From: Verrucomicrobia bacterium UBA1629
GTDB taxonomy: Bacteria; Verrucomicrobiota; Kiritimatiellia; RFP12; UBA1067
Reading direction: 5' to 3'
NCBI GenBank assembly: GCA_002321305.1
Contig: DCMF01000013.1
Coordinates: 1 to 60,092, forward strand
Length of the DNA stretch: 60,092 bases
Positions 7,664 to 17,194 of this stretch are shown here, one piece after another (position 1 is the stretch's first letter; every line of letters begins with the position of its first letter). Both the position numbers and the translations under genes were made by a program. The notes beneath the pieces are model-generated. The model was given only the letters and a program-made list of their open reading frames with translations, was not told where the DNA came from and did not search any database.

Positions 7664-8557
7664 ATGCTCTCGATCGGACTTCTCAGCTGGAAGGCGCGCC
7701 AGACGCTGCGCAAGACGCTCGATTCCTACCGCCGCGCGAATCTCTTCGCGTGCGCGGACGAGTTCAAGGTCTTTTTCAACGAGATCTCCGCAGACGACCG
7801 CGCGCTGGCGGCGGAATACGGGCTGGAGGCCGTCGGCAGCGAACGGAATCTCGGCATCTGGGGCGGCATGGACGCCTGCGCGAAAGCCCTGTCGGGCGAC
7901 GTCATCCTGCTGCTGCAGAACGACTGCCCGGCCGTGGCGACGCCGGAGGAGACGGCGGCGTACCTGGCGGAGGGCGTCGCGCTCATCCGTGCGGGACAGG
8001 CCGACCTGATCCGCCTGCGCCATCGGTTTCGGCAGGGGGACGGCATCTCGTTCCGCAAGTTCCACGGCTACTGGCCCGTTCACGCGCTGGATCCGCGCGC
8101 GGCGCAGGCCGCCGACTTCAGCCTGCCGGCAGACGCGATGCGGGACACGTTCGCGCGTCGGCTGCACCGGCTGTGCCGTCCGTGGGCCGCGCGCCGCCGC
8201 CTGATTGCCGCGATTCACCTGGAGGCGCATCCCGAGGCCGTCTGTCCGAAGTGGATTTCGCGTTGCGGGCGCTTCCTGCTGGCCGATTCGGAGATCGCCA
8301 ACTTCTCCGAGCAGCCGCTGCTCATCTCGCGGCGGCTCTATTTCGAGCTGTCCGACTGGTGCCGCGCGCATCCGCGTTCTCGCACGGTCAACGGCGCGCC
8401 GGTCATGGAGCACGCGCTGAACGGCCGCTGGTGGCGGCAGCGCCATTTCAAGGTCGGCTTCTGCGACACGGGCGTCTTCACGCACAACCGCTTCGACGAC
8501 AGCTGGCGGCCTGAGCATACGGCGTTCAACGCGGCGATCTCGAAGGAGCGGACGTGA
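7664..8557 (+). CDS. hypothetical protein, possible glycosyltransferase
   Basis: 297-aa ORF with coding-like composition, tightly packed between glycan genes. No decisive motif. Confidence 0.4.
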   Translation: MLSIGLLSWKARQTLRKTLDSYRRANLFACADEFKVFFNEISADDRALAAEYGLEAVGSERNLGIWGGMDACAKALSGDVILLLQNDCPAVATPEETAAYLAEGVALIRAGQADLIRLRHRFRQGDGISFRKFHGYWPVHALDPRAAQAADFSLPADAMRDTFARRLHRLCRPWAARRRLIAAIHLEAHPEAVCPKWISRCGRFLLADSEIANFSEQPLLISRRLYFELSDWCRAHPRSRTVNGAPVMEHALNGRWWRQRHFKVGFCDTGVFTHNRFDDSWRPEHTAFNAAISKERT

Positions 8558-9555
8558 TGAGGATCGGCGTGGTGATCCCGGCTTACAATGCCGAACGCTA
8601 TGTGGCGGACTGCCTGGACTCCCTGCTGGCGCAGACGCATGGGGACTTCGTCGCCTATGTCATGGACGACGGGTCGCGCGACGGCACGCGCGCGGCCATC
8701 CGGGCCTACTGCGACCGGGACTCGCGCATCCGGCTGTGGCATCAGGCGAACTGCGGGCTCGTGCGGACGATGAACGCGCTGCTCGACCGGCTGGACGACG
8801 ACATCGAGGCGGTGGCGTTCCTGGACATCGACGACTTCCTGCACCCTGATGCGTTTGCCGTCCTGGAGGACGCCCTGCTCCGGTCGGGGGCCGACGTGGC
8901 CGAATGTCGCCTGGCGCGTGTGCCGGAATCGGCGCATCCGCGCACCTGGTTTGCCGATCGGGTGCGACCGGGGGCGTATGAGACGGTCGACCTGTCGCGC
9001 TACTGGCTGAAGCGCACGGCCCCCGACGGCTGGATCAACAAGCAGAACAAGCTCTACCGCCGCGCGGCGATCGGCGGCCTGCGCTTCCGCACGACGCTTT
9101 CCTACGAGGATGACTACTTCTTCGCCTGCGAGCTCAACGCGAAGATCCGACGGAAAGTCCGGATCGCGGCGGCGCTCTACGCCTACCGGGACAATCCGCG
9201 TTCGGTCACGTCTCGCATCCCCTTCCGCAAGTATGTGGAGGCGACCCTTGAGCGTATCCGCCTGTCCTGCGAGGTCTTCCTGAAGCCCGGGCGGGTCCCG
9301 CCGGAATTGCGCACGGCGTACGTCGCTGACCTTGCGAAAGACGCCTACCGGATGTGCCTGCGAAAGAACCTCAAGAAGAACCCGGACGCGGCGGAGCGCC
9401 GCGCGCTCTTCCGCCAGGCCGGCGCGACGCTGGCGCGCCTGGAGCGCGAGGACGGCCTTGTCCCGAGGGGGCTCAACCCGGTTCAGGCCCTTGTCTGGGC
9501 GTCTGCGCGCCGGGGCTGGTATGCCATGGCGTGGACGCTTGCCCACCTGACCTGA
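8557..9555 (+). CDS. glycosyltransferase family 2
   Basis: VVIPAYNAERYVADCLDSLLAQTHGDF, MDDGSRDGT and LDIDDF. SD aaggag lies 8 nt upstream of ATG 8557. GTG 8554 is also possible. Confidence 0.85.
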   Translation: MRIGVVIPAYNAERYVADCLDSLLAQTHGDFVAYVMDDGSRDGTRAAIRAYCDRDSRIRLWHQANCGLVRTMNALLDRLDDDIEAVAFLDIDDFLHPDAFAVLEDALLRSGADVAECRLARVPESAHPRTWFADRVRPGAYETVDLSRYWLKRTAPDGWINKQNKLYRRAAIGGLRFRTTLSYEDDYFFACELNAKIRRKVRIAAALYAYRDNPRSVTSRIPFRKYVEATLERIRLSCEVFLKPGRVPPELRTAYVADLAKDAYRMCLRKNLKKNPDAAERRALFRQAGATLARLEREDGLVPRGLNPVQALVWASARRGWYAMAWTLAHLT

Positions 9556-9561
9556 CATTTT

Positions 9562-9570
9562 TGGTATAAT
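9562..9570 (+). promoter_or_regulatory. extended -10 promoter (TGgTATAAT), leaderless spacing
   Basis: tggtataat ends 8 nt before ATG 9579. Confidence 0.6.
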
Positions 9571-9578
9571 CCCCCGCA

Positions 9579-10526
9579 ATGAGTGTGCCGGACGTGCCAG
9601 ACAGAGTCCATTCCGAATTCCTGAACCTCGACATCGACGTGGGCGAGCTTTCGCGCCTTGTCGCGGGCGCGGCCGGGCATTCGTACCGCTTGGCGTCGCT
9701 GCACGTCCGCTGCACGTATCCCGTCTTCCGCGGCGAGGCGGGCGATGGCGCCGTGCCGGTCTTCGTCAAGGTCGGGCAGATGGACGAGTGGCTGCGGACG
9801 CGGCGTCTGCTCCGGGATGTCGATGGCTGCGACCTCTTCGCGCCGCTGCGCGTGACGGAGCCGCTCACCTATCGGGGCTTTGCGGTGTTTGTCTTCGACT
9901 GGCGCGCGTCGCGGGTCGTCTTCCCGGAAGACATGAACGGGGCGCAGGCCGAGAGCTTCGTCGCCGGGTGCGCGCGCCTGTCGGAGGCCCTGCAGCGGGC
10001 GACGGCGTTCACGCCGCTGGCCGCGTCGCCGGTCGCGCCCGAACGGCTGTACGGCGTACTCGCGAAGTATGCCGCCGACCATCCGCTTCCCGCCCGCGGA
10101 CTGTCGCGGCTCCTGTCGATTCCGCCCGAGGCGCGCACGTTCGCCGGCCGGCGGCTGTGCGTGATGCATGGCGATTTCCATGCGAAGAACTTCGCCTTCG
10201 ACGGCGACCGGTTTTCGAGCGTGTTCGACTTTGACCAGCTGACGGAGGGCCTCGCCGGCGGCGACCTCGCGAATGCGCTTGTGGAGCGCTTCTCCCTGCT
10301 GAGCCTCCCGTCGTCGTCGCGCGGCCGGCTTGAGCGGGTGACGCGCCGGATCGTGTCCCTGTGGCCCGGGCCGCGCGAAGAGCTGGCCATCATGGTCAAC
10401 GTGCTGCGGCTGCGGTACGCCGCACGCCGGATCGAGAAGCACCCGGACTCCCTCTGGGTGGCGTTTGACATCGTGCGCCGGGATCGGCGGATTGCAGACT
10501 TGCTGCGCATCCTGAAGGAGGTGTGA
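9579..10526 (+). CDS. phosphotransferase (APH/choline-kinase-like) family kinase
   Basis: VMHGDFHAKNFAF and VFDFD catalytic-loop motifs. Confidence 0.7.
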   Translation: MSVPDVPDRVHSEFLNLDIDVGELSRLVAGAAGHSYRLASLHVRCTYPVFRGEAGDGAVPVFVKVGQMDEWLRTRRLLRDVDGCDLFAPLRVTEPLTYRGFAVFVFDWRASRVVFPEDMNGAQAESFVAGCARLSEALQRATAFTPLAASPVAPERLYGVLAKYAADHPLPARGLSRLLSIPPEARTFAGRRLCVMHGDFHAKNFAFDGDRFSSVFDFDQLTEGLAGGDLANALVERFSLLSLPSSSRGRLERVTRRIVSLWPGPREELAIMVNVLRLRYAARRIEKHPDSLWVAFDIVRRDRRIADLLRILKEV

Positions 10527-10530
10527 GAGA

Positions 10531-11226
10531 ATGACGGAGGCTCGACGCGTTGGACTGACCGTGCTTGGCTATTGGCTCGTCTTCGGGCTGTTGTGCACGC
10601 TGCTGTACCCGGTGACGATGACGGACAGCATCACGCGCTATGCCCCGATGGCGGACTGCTTCGCGCACGAGGACTGGAAGCTCGTCTTCCATCCGCGATT
10701 CGGCGTCATCTTCGAGGTCCTGTGCGGCGGGCTGTCGTGGCTGACGGGGCTGGAGGGCGCCAAGTCCGTGCAGGTGGTCTCGGCGGGATTCCTCGCGCTG
10801 TCGGGCGTTCCGGTCTTTTACCTGACAAAACGCGTCTTCGGCGTCCGGGTCGCCTGGTGGAGCCTGGCGCTCCTGCTGGCCAGCGACGATTTCACGCGGT
10901 ATGCGATGGACGGCCTGCGCGACACCGGCAAGTGCCTGGCCTTCGCCCTGGTCGGCTATGGCGCGGTCGAGCGGAAGCCGGTGTGGATCGGGGCGGGGCT
11001 TTTCGTCCTCGTCTCGCTCGTGTCCTACGGCTTTGCGGTCGGCTGCGTCCTCGTCTTCGCGTGGTGCCTCTACGTCCTCTGTACGCGCCAGCCTCTCGCG
11101 GCCCTGCCGCTGCCCGTTCTCGGCTGGGCGCTGGGAACCGCCGCCGTCACGGCCGTGACCCACGCCTACACCGGGCATTGGCTTCCGTCGCCGCACTACA
11201 TCAAGTATCTGGGAGGTTGGCTATGA
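10531..11226 (+). CDS. polytopic membrane protein, GT-C (ArnT/PMT-like) N-terminal part
   Basis: About 7 hydrophobic segments. Location in the glycan cluster. Stop overlaps the next start (ATGA at 11223..11226). Confidence 0.45.
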   Translation: MTEARRVGLTVLGYWLVFGLLCTLLYPVTMTDSITRYAPMADCFAHEDWKLVFHPRFGVIFEVLCGGLSWLTGLEGAKSVQVVSAGFLALSGVPVFYLTKRVFGVRVAWWSLALLLASDDFTRYAMDGLRDTGKCLAFALVGYGAVERKPVWIGAGLFVLVSLVSYGFAVGCVLVFAWCLYVLCTRQPLAALPLPVLGWALGTAAVTAVTHAYTGHWLPSPHYIKYLGGWL

Positions 11227-11912
11227 TCGTCGTGTTCGCGCTTGCCGCCGTCGCCGTCGCCTGGCGTCTCGCCACGCGCCGCTTCACCCGCGCCGAGTGG
11301 CTCCTGCTCGGCATCGTGCTGCTGAACTACCTTGTCCTGGCGGGGCAGATGCTGGGGTGCTTCGGCTTCCGCTACTACCTGCCGCCGGAGACGCGCTACT
11401 GGTACCAGTCCGGCGTGCTGGCCCTGGGCTGGGCGGTCTGGGGGCTGTCCGAAGCGTCCCGGTGGGCGTCTCGGCGCTGTGCGGCGGCGCGTTTCCTGCT
11501 GCCGCTGGCGGTCGCCGTCTTCGCGGCGATTGACGTGGGCATGCTCGTGAAGCCGCACGTGCCCGGCTCGCGGCGAAACGCCTATCTCCGGGCCTGCGAC
11601 TGGGCGGAGGCGAGGATTCGCGCGGACTGGAAGGGGCCGGCCGCCGACGAGGGCTTTCTCTACGACGACGCCGAATACCATTCGCCCGGCCGTCCGGCGG
11701 TGCTGGCGCACACCGGGCTCGTGCCGTATCGGCTGGGCGGGCGTCAGGCGGACTACGGAAAGTTCGGGGCGGTTGACCTGCCGGACTACATCGTGGACGA
11801 GGAGCGCAAGGTCGAGTTCCCGCCGGAAGGGCGGTACGAGCTGATGGAGAAGATGCGTTTCGGTCGTCGGACCTTTGCGCTTTACAAGCGGGTTGACGGA
11901 GCGGTGAAATGA
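11223..11912 (+). CDS. membrane protein with soluble C-terminal domain, possible C-terminal part of a split GT-C enzyme
   Basis: Internal ATG 11223 of ORF 10572..11912. About 4 TM segments followed by a soluble domain. Confidence 0.4.
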   Translation: MIVVFALAAVAVAWRLATRRFTRAEWLLLGIVLLNYLVLAGQMLGCFGFRYYLPPETRYWYQSGVLALGWAVWGLSEASRWASRRCAAARFLLPLAVAVFAAIDVGMLVKPHVPGSRRNAYLRACDWAEARIRADWKGPAADEGFLYDDAEYHSPGRPAVLAHTGLVPYRLGGRQADYGKFGAVDLPDYIVDEERKVEFPPEGRYELMEKMRFGRRTFALYKRVDGAVK

Positions 11913-13276
11913 ACGCCGGGCGCTTTCGGGTCGCGTGCCTGGCACTGGCGGACGTCGCGTGCGTCGCGTGCGTCTGGGCGGTTGTCGTCAAGGTCTACCA
12001 CGCCTTGGCGCTCGATCAGGCCGACGTCTCCTATTACCTGACTTTCTGGCCGGTGCTCGTGGTCTTCGTGCTGATCAACCTGTTCGCGCGGCTCTACCAC
12101 GGCCGGGCATGGGCGCCGGGCATGCCGCTCCCGGAGGTCGAGGAGTTCCGGCGGCTTGTCCTCTCGGCCTTTGCGACGCATCTCCTCCTGATGGCGTTCC
12201 TCGGCTTCGCCCATGGGCAGGACCAGGTCTCGCGCGCCGTCGTGATCCTCTCGGGCCTCCTGTGCGCGTGCGCCGCCCAGCCGTTCCGCTACCTGATGCG
12301 CTATGCGCTGGCGCGCACGGGGCTGGGGCAGATTCCGGCCTTTCTCGTCGGCGAGGGCGCGGTCGCCGAGCAGGTGAAGGCGCGTCTTGCGCGCTCGAGC
12401 TACTGCGGCTTCCGCATCGTCCGCGCGTTCGGCAAGGACGACTTCCGCCGCGTCATCGCCGAAGGGCGCGCGCGCGGCGTCCGCCACCTGTTCGCCTGCT
12501 ATCCGGACGACCGCTATTTCAGGACCCGGTTCGCGGAGCTTTCGGACGCCTTCACGTTCGTCGAGTACCTTCCGACGTCCGACGCCTTCCCCGTCAGCGG
12601 CGCGCAGGTGATCCAGGTCGGCGGTCTGGGCGGGCTGGAGATGACGAACCAGCGCAAGTTCCACTCCCTCCTGCTGGAGAAGAGCCTGCTCGACCGTGCG
12701 CTCGCCGCCGTGATCTTCGTCTGCGCCCTGCCGTTCTTCGTCGTGATGCCGATCCTGATCAAGCTGACGAGTCCGGGGCCCGTCCTCTACAAGGCGAAAC
12801 GGCTCGGCAAGAAGGGGCGGACGATCTACGTCTGGAAGTTCCGCTCGATGTATGCGGACGCCGACCGCCGCCTCCAGTCGATGCTGGACGCCGATCCGGC
12901 GCTCCGGGCGGAGTTCGAGCGGGACTTCAAGCTCAAGAACGATCCGCGCGTGACGCCGCTCGGCCGGTTCATGCGCAAGACGTCCATCGATGAGCTGCCG
13001 CAGCTCTTCAACGTCTTCACGCACGACATGGCGCTCATCGGCCCGCGCCCGATCGTCGAGAAGGAAGTGCCGCGCTACGGACGGGCCTACGAGATCTTCT
13101 CGTCGGTCAAGCCCGGCATCACGGGCCTGTGGCAGGCGTCCGGCCGCAGCGACACCGACTACGCCGAGCGCGTCGCGCTGGATGTCCACTACATCCTGAA
13201 CTGGTCTCCGTGGATGGATCTCTGGATCGTCTTCCGCACGGCGGCCGCCGTCCTGAAGATGAAGGGGAGCTACTGA
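11909..13276 (+). CDS. polyprenyl-phosphate sugar phosphotransferase (WbaP/bacterial sugar transferase family)
   Basis: PGPVLYKAKRLGKKGRTIYVWKFRSM, DELPQLFNV and LIGPRP, with N-terminal TM segments. Confidence 0.9.
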   Translation: MNAGRFRVACLALADVACVACVWAVVVKVYHALALDQADVSYYLTFWPVLVVFVLINLFARLYHGRAWAPGMPLPEVEEFRRLVLSAFATHLLLMAFLGFAHGQDQVSRAVVILSGLLCACAAQPFRYLMRYALARTGLGQIPAFLVGEGAVAEQVKARLARSSYCGFRIVRAFGKDDFRRVIAEGRARGVRHLFACYPDDRYFRTRFAELSDAFTFVEYLPTSDAFPVSGAQVIQVGGLGGLEMTNQRKFHSLLLEKSLLDRALAAVIFVCALPFFVVMPILIKLTSPGPVLYKAKRLGKKGRTIYVWKFRSMYADADRRLQSMLDADPALRAEFERDFKLKNDPRVTPLGRFMRKTSIDELPQLFNVFTHDMALIGPRPIVEKEVPRYGRAYEIFSSVKPGITGLWQASGRSDTDYAERVALDVHYILNWSPWMDLWIVFRTAAAVLKMKGSY

Positions 13277-13277
13277 A

Positions 13278-14495
13278 ATGAGGTGGGCCGGGATCGTCGG
13301 GCTGGCTTTCTGCGCGCTGTGCGCGTCGGCGGAGATTCAGGTCATCAACGGCGTCCGCTACGAGTGTTCGGACGGCCTCTGCCGCCGAATTGACGAGCCG
13401 GCGGGCGCACCCGTTTCCGGTGGCGCGCCCACGTCCGCTTCTGCCGGGGCGTCCGACACGACCTTGCCGAGGCCCGTGCGCCTGGGCGAGGGCTACATGG
13501 ATGCCGAGGCGTTCCTGGCTTTCCTGCGCGGCGACGAGCCGGCGGCGCTGCCGACGTCCGTCGCGCTCCTGCTGCTGTCGCTTCTGCTGGCCGGTGCGGC
13601 GCTGAACCTGACGCCCTGCGTCCTGCCGATGATTCCCGTGAACCTGGTCGTGATCGGCCAGTCGCCGCGCCGCGGCCTTCTGTACGGTCTCGGCATCGCG
13701 CTCGCCTACGGGACGCTGGGCGTGCTGGCCGCAGTCGGCGGACTGGCGTTCGGGACGATTCAGGCGCATCCGCTCTTCAATGCCCTTGTCGCGCTTGTCT
13801 TCGCGGCGCTCGGACTCTCCCTTTGCGGCGCCTTCACGCTCGATTTCGCGCGGTTCCGGCGGTTCGTGGGGCGATCGGCGTCGGAGGGTGCGCTGTTCCC
13901 GCTCTTCATGGGTGCGCTTTCGGCCGTTCTCGCGGGCGCGTGCGTCGCGCCGGTCCTGGTTTCGGCGCTTGTGCTGACGGCGCGCCTGTATGCCGAAGGC
14001 AAGCCGCTGGCGCTGGGGCTTCCGTTCGCGCTGGGGCTGGGCATGGGCCTGCCGTGGCCCTTCCTCGGCGCGGGCCTGAAGGTCCTGCCGAGGCCCGGCG
14101 CGTGGATGCGGTGGATGAACCGCGCTTTTGCGCTCCTGGTCTTCGCCTTTGCCTTCTGGTATGGCCGGCTGGCGATACGGGGCTTTTGCGGACTGTCCGA
14201 AGCGGCGGATGCGCCCTCGGCGGATGTCGCGTGGCTGGATGCCACGCCGGCGACGTTCGGGCGGACGCTGGCGGCGTGCGGCAAGTCCGGGAAGCCCGTG
14301 CTGGTCGACTGCTGGGCGACGTGGTGCAAGAGCTGCACGGCGATGGCGCGCGGCACCCTGCGAGACCCCCAGGTCGTCGCGGCGCTGAAGGGCTGCACGG
14401 TCGTTCGCCTGCAGACCGAGGACCTGGCGGAGCTGCGGCGCCTGCCGGGCTTCGAGCGTGTGCGGGGCCTCCCGGCCTTCGCCCTCTTTGAATGA
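13278..14495 (+). CDS. DsbD/CcdA-like thiol:disulfide interchange membrane protein with C-terminal thioredoxin domain
   Basis: LTPCVLPMIP membrane cysteine motif, multiple TM segments, and a C-terminal WATWCKSC. Confidence 0.8.
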   Translation: MRWAGIVGLAFCALCASAEIQVINGVRYECSDGLCRRIDEPAGAPVSGGAPTSASAGASDTTLPRPVRLGEGYMDAEAFLAFLRGDEPAALPTSVALLLLSLLLAGAALNLTPCVLPMIPVNLVVIGQSPRRGLLYGLGIALAYGTLGVLAAVGGLAFGTIQAHPLFNALVALVFAALGLSLCGAFTLDFARFRRFVGRSASEGALFPLFMGALSAVLAGACVAPVLVSALVLTARLYAEGKPLALGLPFALGLGMGLPWPFLGAGLKVLPRPGAWMRWMNRAFALLVFAFAFWYGRLAIRGFCGLSEAADAPSADVAWLDATPATFGRTLAACGKSGKPVLVDCWATWCKSCTAMARGTLRDPQVVAALKGCTVVRLQTEDLAELRRLPGFERVRGLPAFALFE

Positions 14496-14508
14496 AAGGA
14501 ACGTGATC

Positions 14509-15357
14509 ATGTCTGAGGAATGTGCACACGACTGTTCGGCCTGCGACAGGGGCTGCGCGGAACGCAAGGTCAGGGCCGGCTTCGCCGTGCCGCTCAATGC
14601 GGCCTCGAAGGTCGGCAAGGTGATTGCCGTCGCGAGCGGGAAGGGCGGCGTCGGCAAGAGCTTCGTGACGACGATGCTCGCCGTCGCGGCGATGCGGCGC
14701 GGCCTCCGCGTCGGCGTCCTCGACGCGGACATCACGGGGCCGTCGATTCCGAAGGGCTTCGGGCTTGCGGGCGCGAGCTACAAGACGGACGCCGGCATCG
14801 AGCCGGCGGTGACGACCGGCGGCATCCGCGTCATCTCCCTCAATATGCTCGTGGAGGATCCGTCCGACCCCGTGATCTGGCGCGGGCCGGTCATCGCCGG
14901 GTGCGTGAAGCAGTTCTGGACGGACGTCCACTGGGGCGAGCTGGACGTGCTGTTCGTCGATATGCCGCCGGGGACGGGCGACGTGCCGCTGACGGTTTTC
15001 CAGTCCTTGCCGGTCGCGGGCGTGGTCGTCGTGACCTCGCCGCAGGATCTCGTCGAGATGATCGTCGCGAAGTCCGTCAAGATGGCGCAGCTGATGGGCA
15101 AGCCCGTCCTCGGCCTCGTGGAGAACATGAGCTATCTGAAGTGCCCGGACTGCGGCAAGGTCATCGACGTCTTCGGCGAGTCGAAGGCGGCGGCGCTTGC
15201 GCAGCGGTTCGCGATTCCCGAGACGGTGCGCCTGCCGATCGACCCGGCGTTCGCGTCCGCCATCGACGGCGGCGCGGCGGAGACGATCGAGATTCCCGCC
15301 TTCGAGGCGTTCGCCGCGCGGATTCTCGGCGAAACATTACGTGTCGCGGAACAATGA
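14509..15357 (+). CDS. apbC: Mrp/ApbC/NBP35 family Fe-S cluster carrier ATPase
   Basis: VASGKGGVGKS deviant P-loop, YLKCPDCG motif, and a Cys-rich N-terminal extension. Internal ATG 14509. Confidence 0.85.
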   Translation: MSEECAHDCSACDRGCAERKVRAGFAVPLNAASKVGKVIAVASGKGGVGKSFVTTMLAVAAMRRGLRVGVLDADITGPSIPKGFGLAGASYKTDAGIEPAVTTGGIRVISLNMLVEDPSDPVIWRGPVIAGCVKQFWTDVHWGELDVLFVDMPPGTGDVPLTVFQSLPVAGVVVVTSPQDLVEMIVAKSVKMAQLMGKPVLGLVENMSYLKCPDCGKVIDVFGESKAAALAQRFAIPETVRLPIDPAFASAIDGGAAETIEIPAFEAFAARILGETLRVAEQ

Positions 15358-15376
15358 AAGAGAAAGGTCAGAAGAG

Positions 15377-15847
15377 ATGCAAGAGCAGAAATACGTCTAT
15401 GTGATCGACAATCTGGCGAACATCGGAAAGTACGCAAGCCTCAGCGCGAACTTCGCGACGGCGGCGGCCTTTCTCGCGAAGGGCGATTTCGCGTCGCTCA
15501 AGCCGGGGCGAAACGAGATCGACGGAGAGAACGTCTTCGCCAATCTCGACACGCCGACCTACGTGCTGCCGGCGGATCGCACGCCGGAGGTCCACCACCG
15601 CTACTTCGACATCCACGTGCCGCTCACGTCAGACGAGCAGATCGGGCTTTCGGCGTTCGACGCGCGCGCGAAAGGCGCGTTCGACGCGGCAAGGGACGTC
15701 GGGTTCTATGCGCAGGACGTCGATTGGCACGTCATCCGCAAGGGCGCGTTCTGCATCACGTGGCCGATCACGTGCGCGCACGCGCCGGCGGTAACGACGG
15801 ATGTCGTGAAGTCCGCGCGCAAGCTGATCGTCAAGGTGAGGGCGTAA
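15377..15847 (+). CDS. YhcH/YjgK/YiaL (DUF386) family protein
   Basis: Internal ATG 15377 of ORF 15197..15847. Family assignment rests on a recalled sequence pattern (GRNEIDGENVFANL..., HHRYFDIH). Confidence 0.55.
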   Translation: MQEQKYVYVIDNLANIGKYASLSANFATAAAFLAKGDFASLKPGRNEIDGENVFANLDTPTYVLPADRTPEVHHRYFDIHVPLTSDEQIGLSAFDARAKGAFDAARDVGFYAQDVDWHVIRKGAFCITWPITCAHAPAVTTDVVKSARKLIVKVRA

Positions 15848-15848
15848 G

Positions 15849-16517
15849 ATGAAGATTCAGGTTCTCCCGTCGTTTCTCGCGGCCGACTTGGGCCACCTCG
15901 CGGACGAGCTGCGGCGCGCCGAGGCGTCCGGGGCGGACGCGATTCACCTCGACATCATGGATCCGACGTTTGTGCCGAACATGAGCTTCGGGCCGTCCAT
16001 CGTCGACTTCTGCCGCAGGACGTGTCCGGACTTCTACCGCAACGTCCACCTGATGATGAGCCGCCCTGACCTCTACATCGAGGCGTTCGCGAAAGCGGGC
16101 GCGCAGACGATCCAGGTGCATGTCGAGGCGGACTGCGATCTGCACGCGGAGCTGCGGCGCATCCGCGCGCGCGGCCTCAAGAACGCGATCGTCCTCAATC
16201 CCGAGACGCCTGTCGAACGGCTGGAGCCGTATCTCGGCGAGGTGGACGAGATCCTTGTCATGACGGTGCATCCCGGCTTTGGCGGACAGACGTTCATCGC
16301 GGACTGCCTGCCCAAGCTGACGTATCTGCGGGAACGGCTGCCGACAATCGACCTGATGGTGGACGGCGGCGTGGACGCCGAGACGGCCGTTCTCGCCGCG
16401 CGCGCCGGCGCCAACCAGTTCGTCGCCGGCTCCTATCTTTTCAGACAACCCAGCATGAGGGCTGCGGTTGAAGAACTTCGAAAACGGATTTCCTATCCAC
16501 GGATTAGCACAGATTGA
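15849..16517 (+). CDS. rpe: ribulose-phosphate 3-epimerase
   Basis: LPSFLAADLG, HLDIMD and MTVHPGFGGQ. The last ~10 codons run into the ATCCGTG-family repeat. Confidence 0.92.
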   Translation: MKIQVLPSFLAADLGHLADELRRAEASGADAIHLDIMDPTFVPNMSFGPSIVDFCRRTCPDFYRNVHLMMSRPDLYIEAFAKAGAQTIQVHVEADCDLHAELRRIRARGLKNAIVLNPETPVERLEPYLGEVDEILVMTVHPGFGGQTFIADCLPKLTYLRERLPTIDLMVDGGVDAETAVLAARAGANQFVAGSYLFRQPSMRAAVEELRKRISYPRISTD

Positions 16518-16598
16518 CACGGATTTGAATCTGGGCGAATCCGTGAGATCCGTGGATAGAGAAATGCCTGAATCCGTGTAAATCCGTGAAATCCGTGG
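16484..16598. repeat. inverted arrays of the ATCCGTG word between rpe and coaC
   Basis: cacggat-type words at 16484..16528, then atccgtg words at 16541..16598. The 12-bp pair ctatccacggat (16493) and atccgtggatag (16545) is part of the array. Confidence 0.8.
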
Positions 16599-16621
16599 TT
16601 AAAGTCAAAACAAAAACTAAC

Positions 16622-17149
16622 ATGAACAGGAATATCCTTCTTGGCGTCACGGGGTCGATCGCCGCGTACAAGGCCGTCGAGCTCGTGCGGCTGTTCGTCA
16701 GGAACGGCGACCAGGTTCAGGTCGTGATGACGGAGGCCGCGACGAAGTTCGTGACGCCGCTCACGTTCCAGACGCTGTCGCGCAATCCCGTCTTCGTCGA
16801 TGCGTTCGCGCCCGTCGCCGCGTGGAAGCCGGAGCACGTCTCGCTCGCGGAGGCGGCGGACGTCGCGCTCGTCGCGCCGGCGACGGCGAATACGCTCGCG
16901 AAGATGCGGTGGGGGCTGGCGGACAACCTGCTGACGGAGACGCTGCTCGCGACGCGCGCGCCGGTCTTCGTCGCGCCGGCGATGAACACGGGCATGTGGG
17001 AGGCGCCCGCCACGCAGGAGAACCTCGCCGTCCTGAAGGCGCGCGGCGTCACGGTCATCACGCCGGGCGCCGGCGAGCTCGCCTGCGGCGTGACGGGCAT
17101 GGGCCGCATGGCCGAGCCGAAGCAGATCTTCACGCGCGTCCAGCCGTGA
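16622..17149 (+). CDS. coaC: phosphopantothenoylcysteine decarboxylase flavoprotein (CoaC domain only)
   Basis: GVTGSIAAYK, PAMN and CGVTGMGRMAEP. The ORF stops where bifunctional CoaBC would continue into CoaB. Confidence 0.85.
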   Translation: MNRNILLGVTGSIAAYKAVELVRLFVRNGDQVQVVMTEAATKFVTPLTFQTLSRNPVFVDAFAPVAAWKPEHVSLAEAADVALVAPATANTLAKMRWGLADNLLTETLLATRAPVFVAPAMNTGMWEAPATQENLAVLKARGVTVITPGAGELACGVTGMGRMAEPKQIFTRVQP

Positions 17150-17194
17150 TGCGAGTCCTGGCGCGGAGCGGCGTTTGCGGGCCTGTGGCGCGTA

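Noticed and set aside
5581-7713. 710-aa minus-strand ORF; similarly 17993..19912, 35879..37516 and 58370..59983
   Set aside because: All overlap motif-supported genes on the other strand and have Arg-rich shadow-ORF composition.
16518-16621. tRNA or small RNA gene in the rpe-coaC spacer
   Set aside because: No cloverleaf-compatible arms or conserved T-loop (GTTCRA) are present. The sequence is fully explained by the ATCCGTG word arrays.
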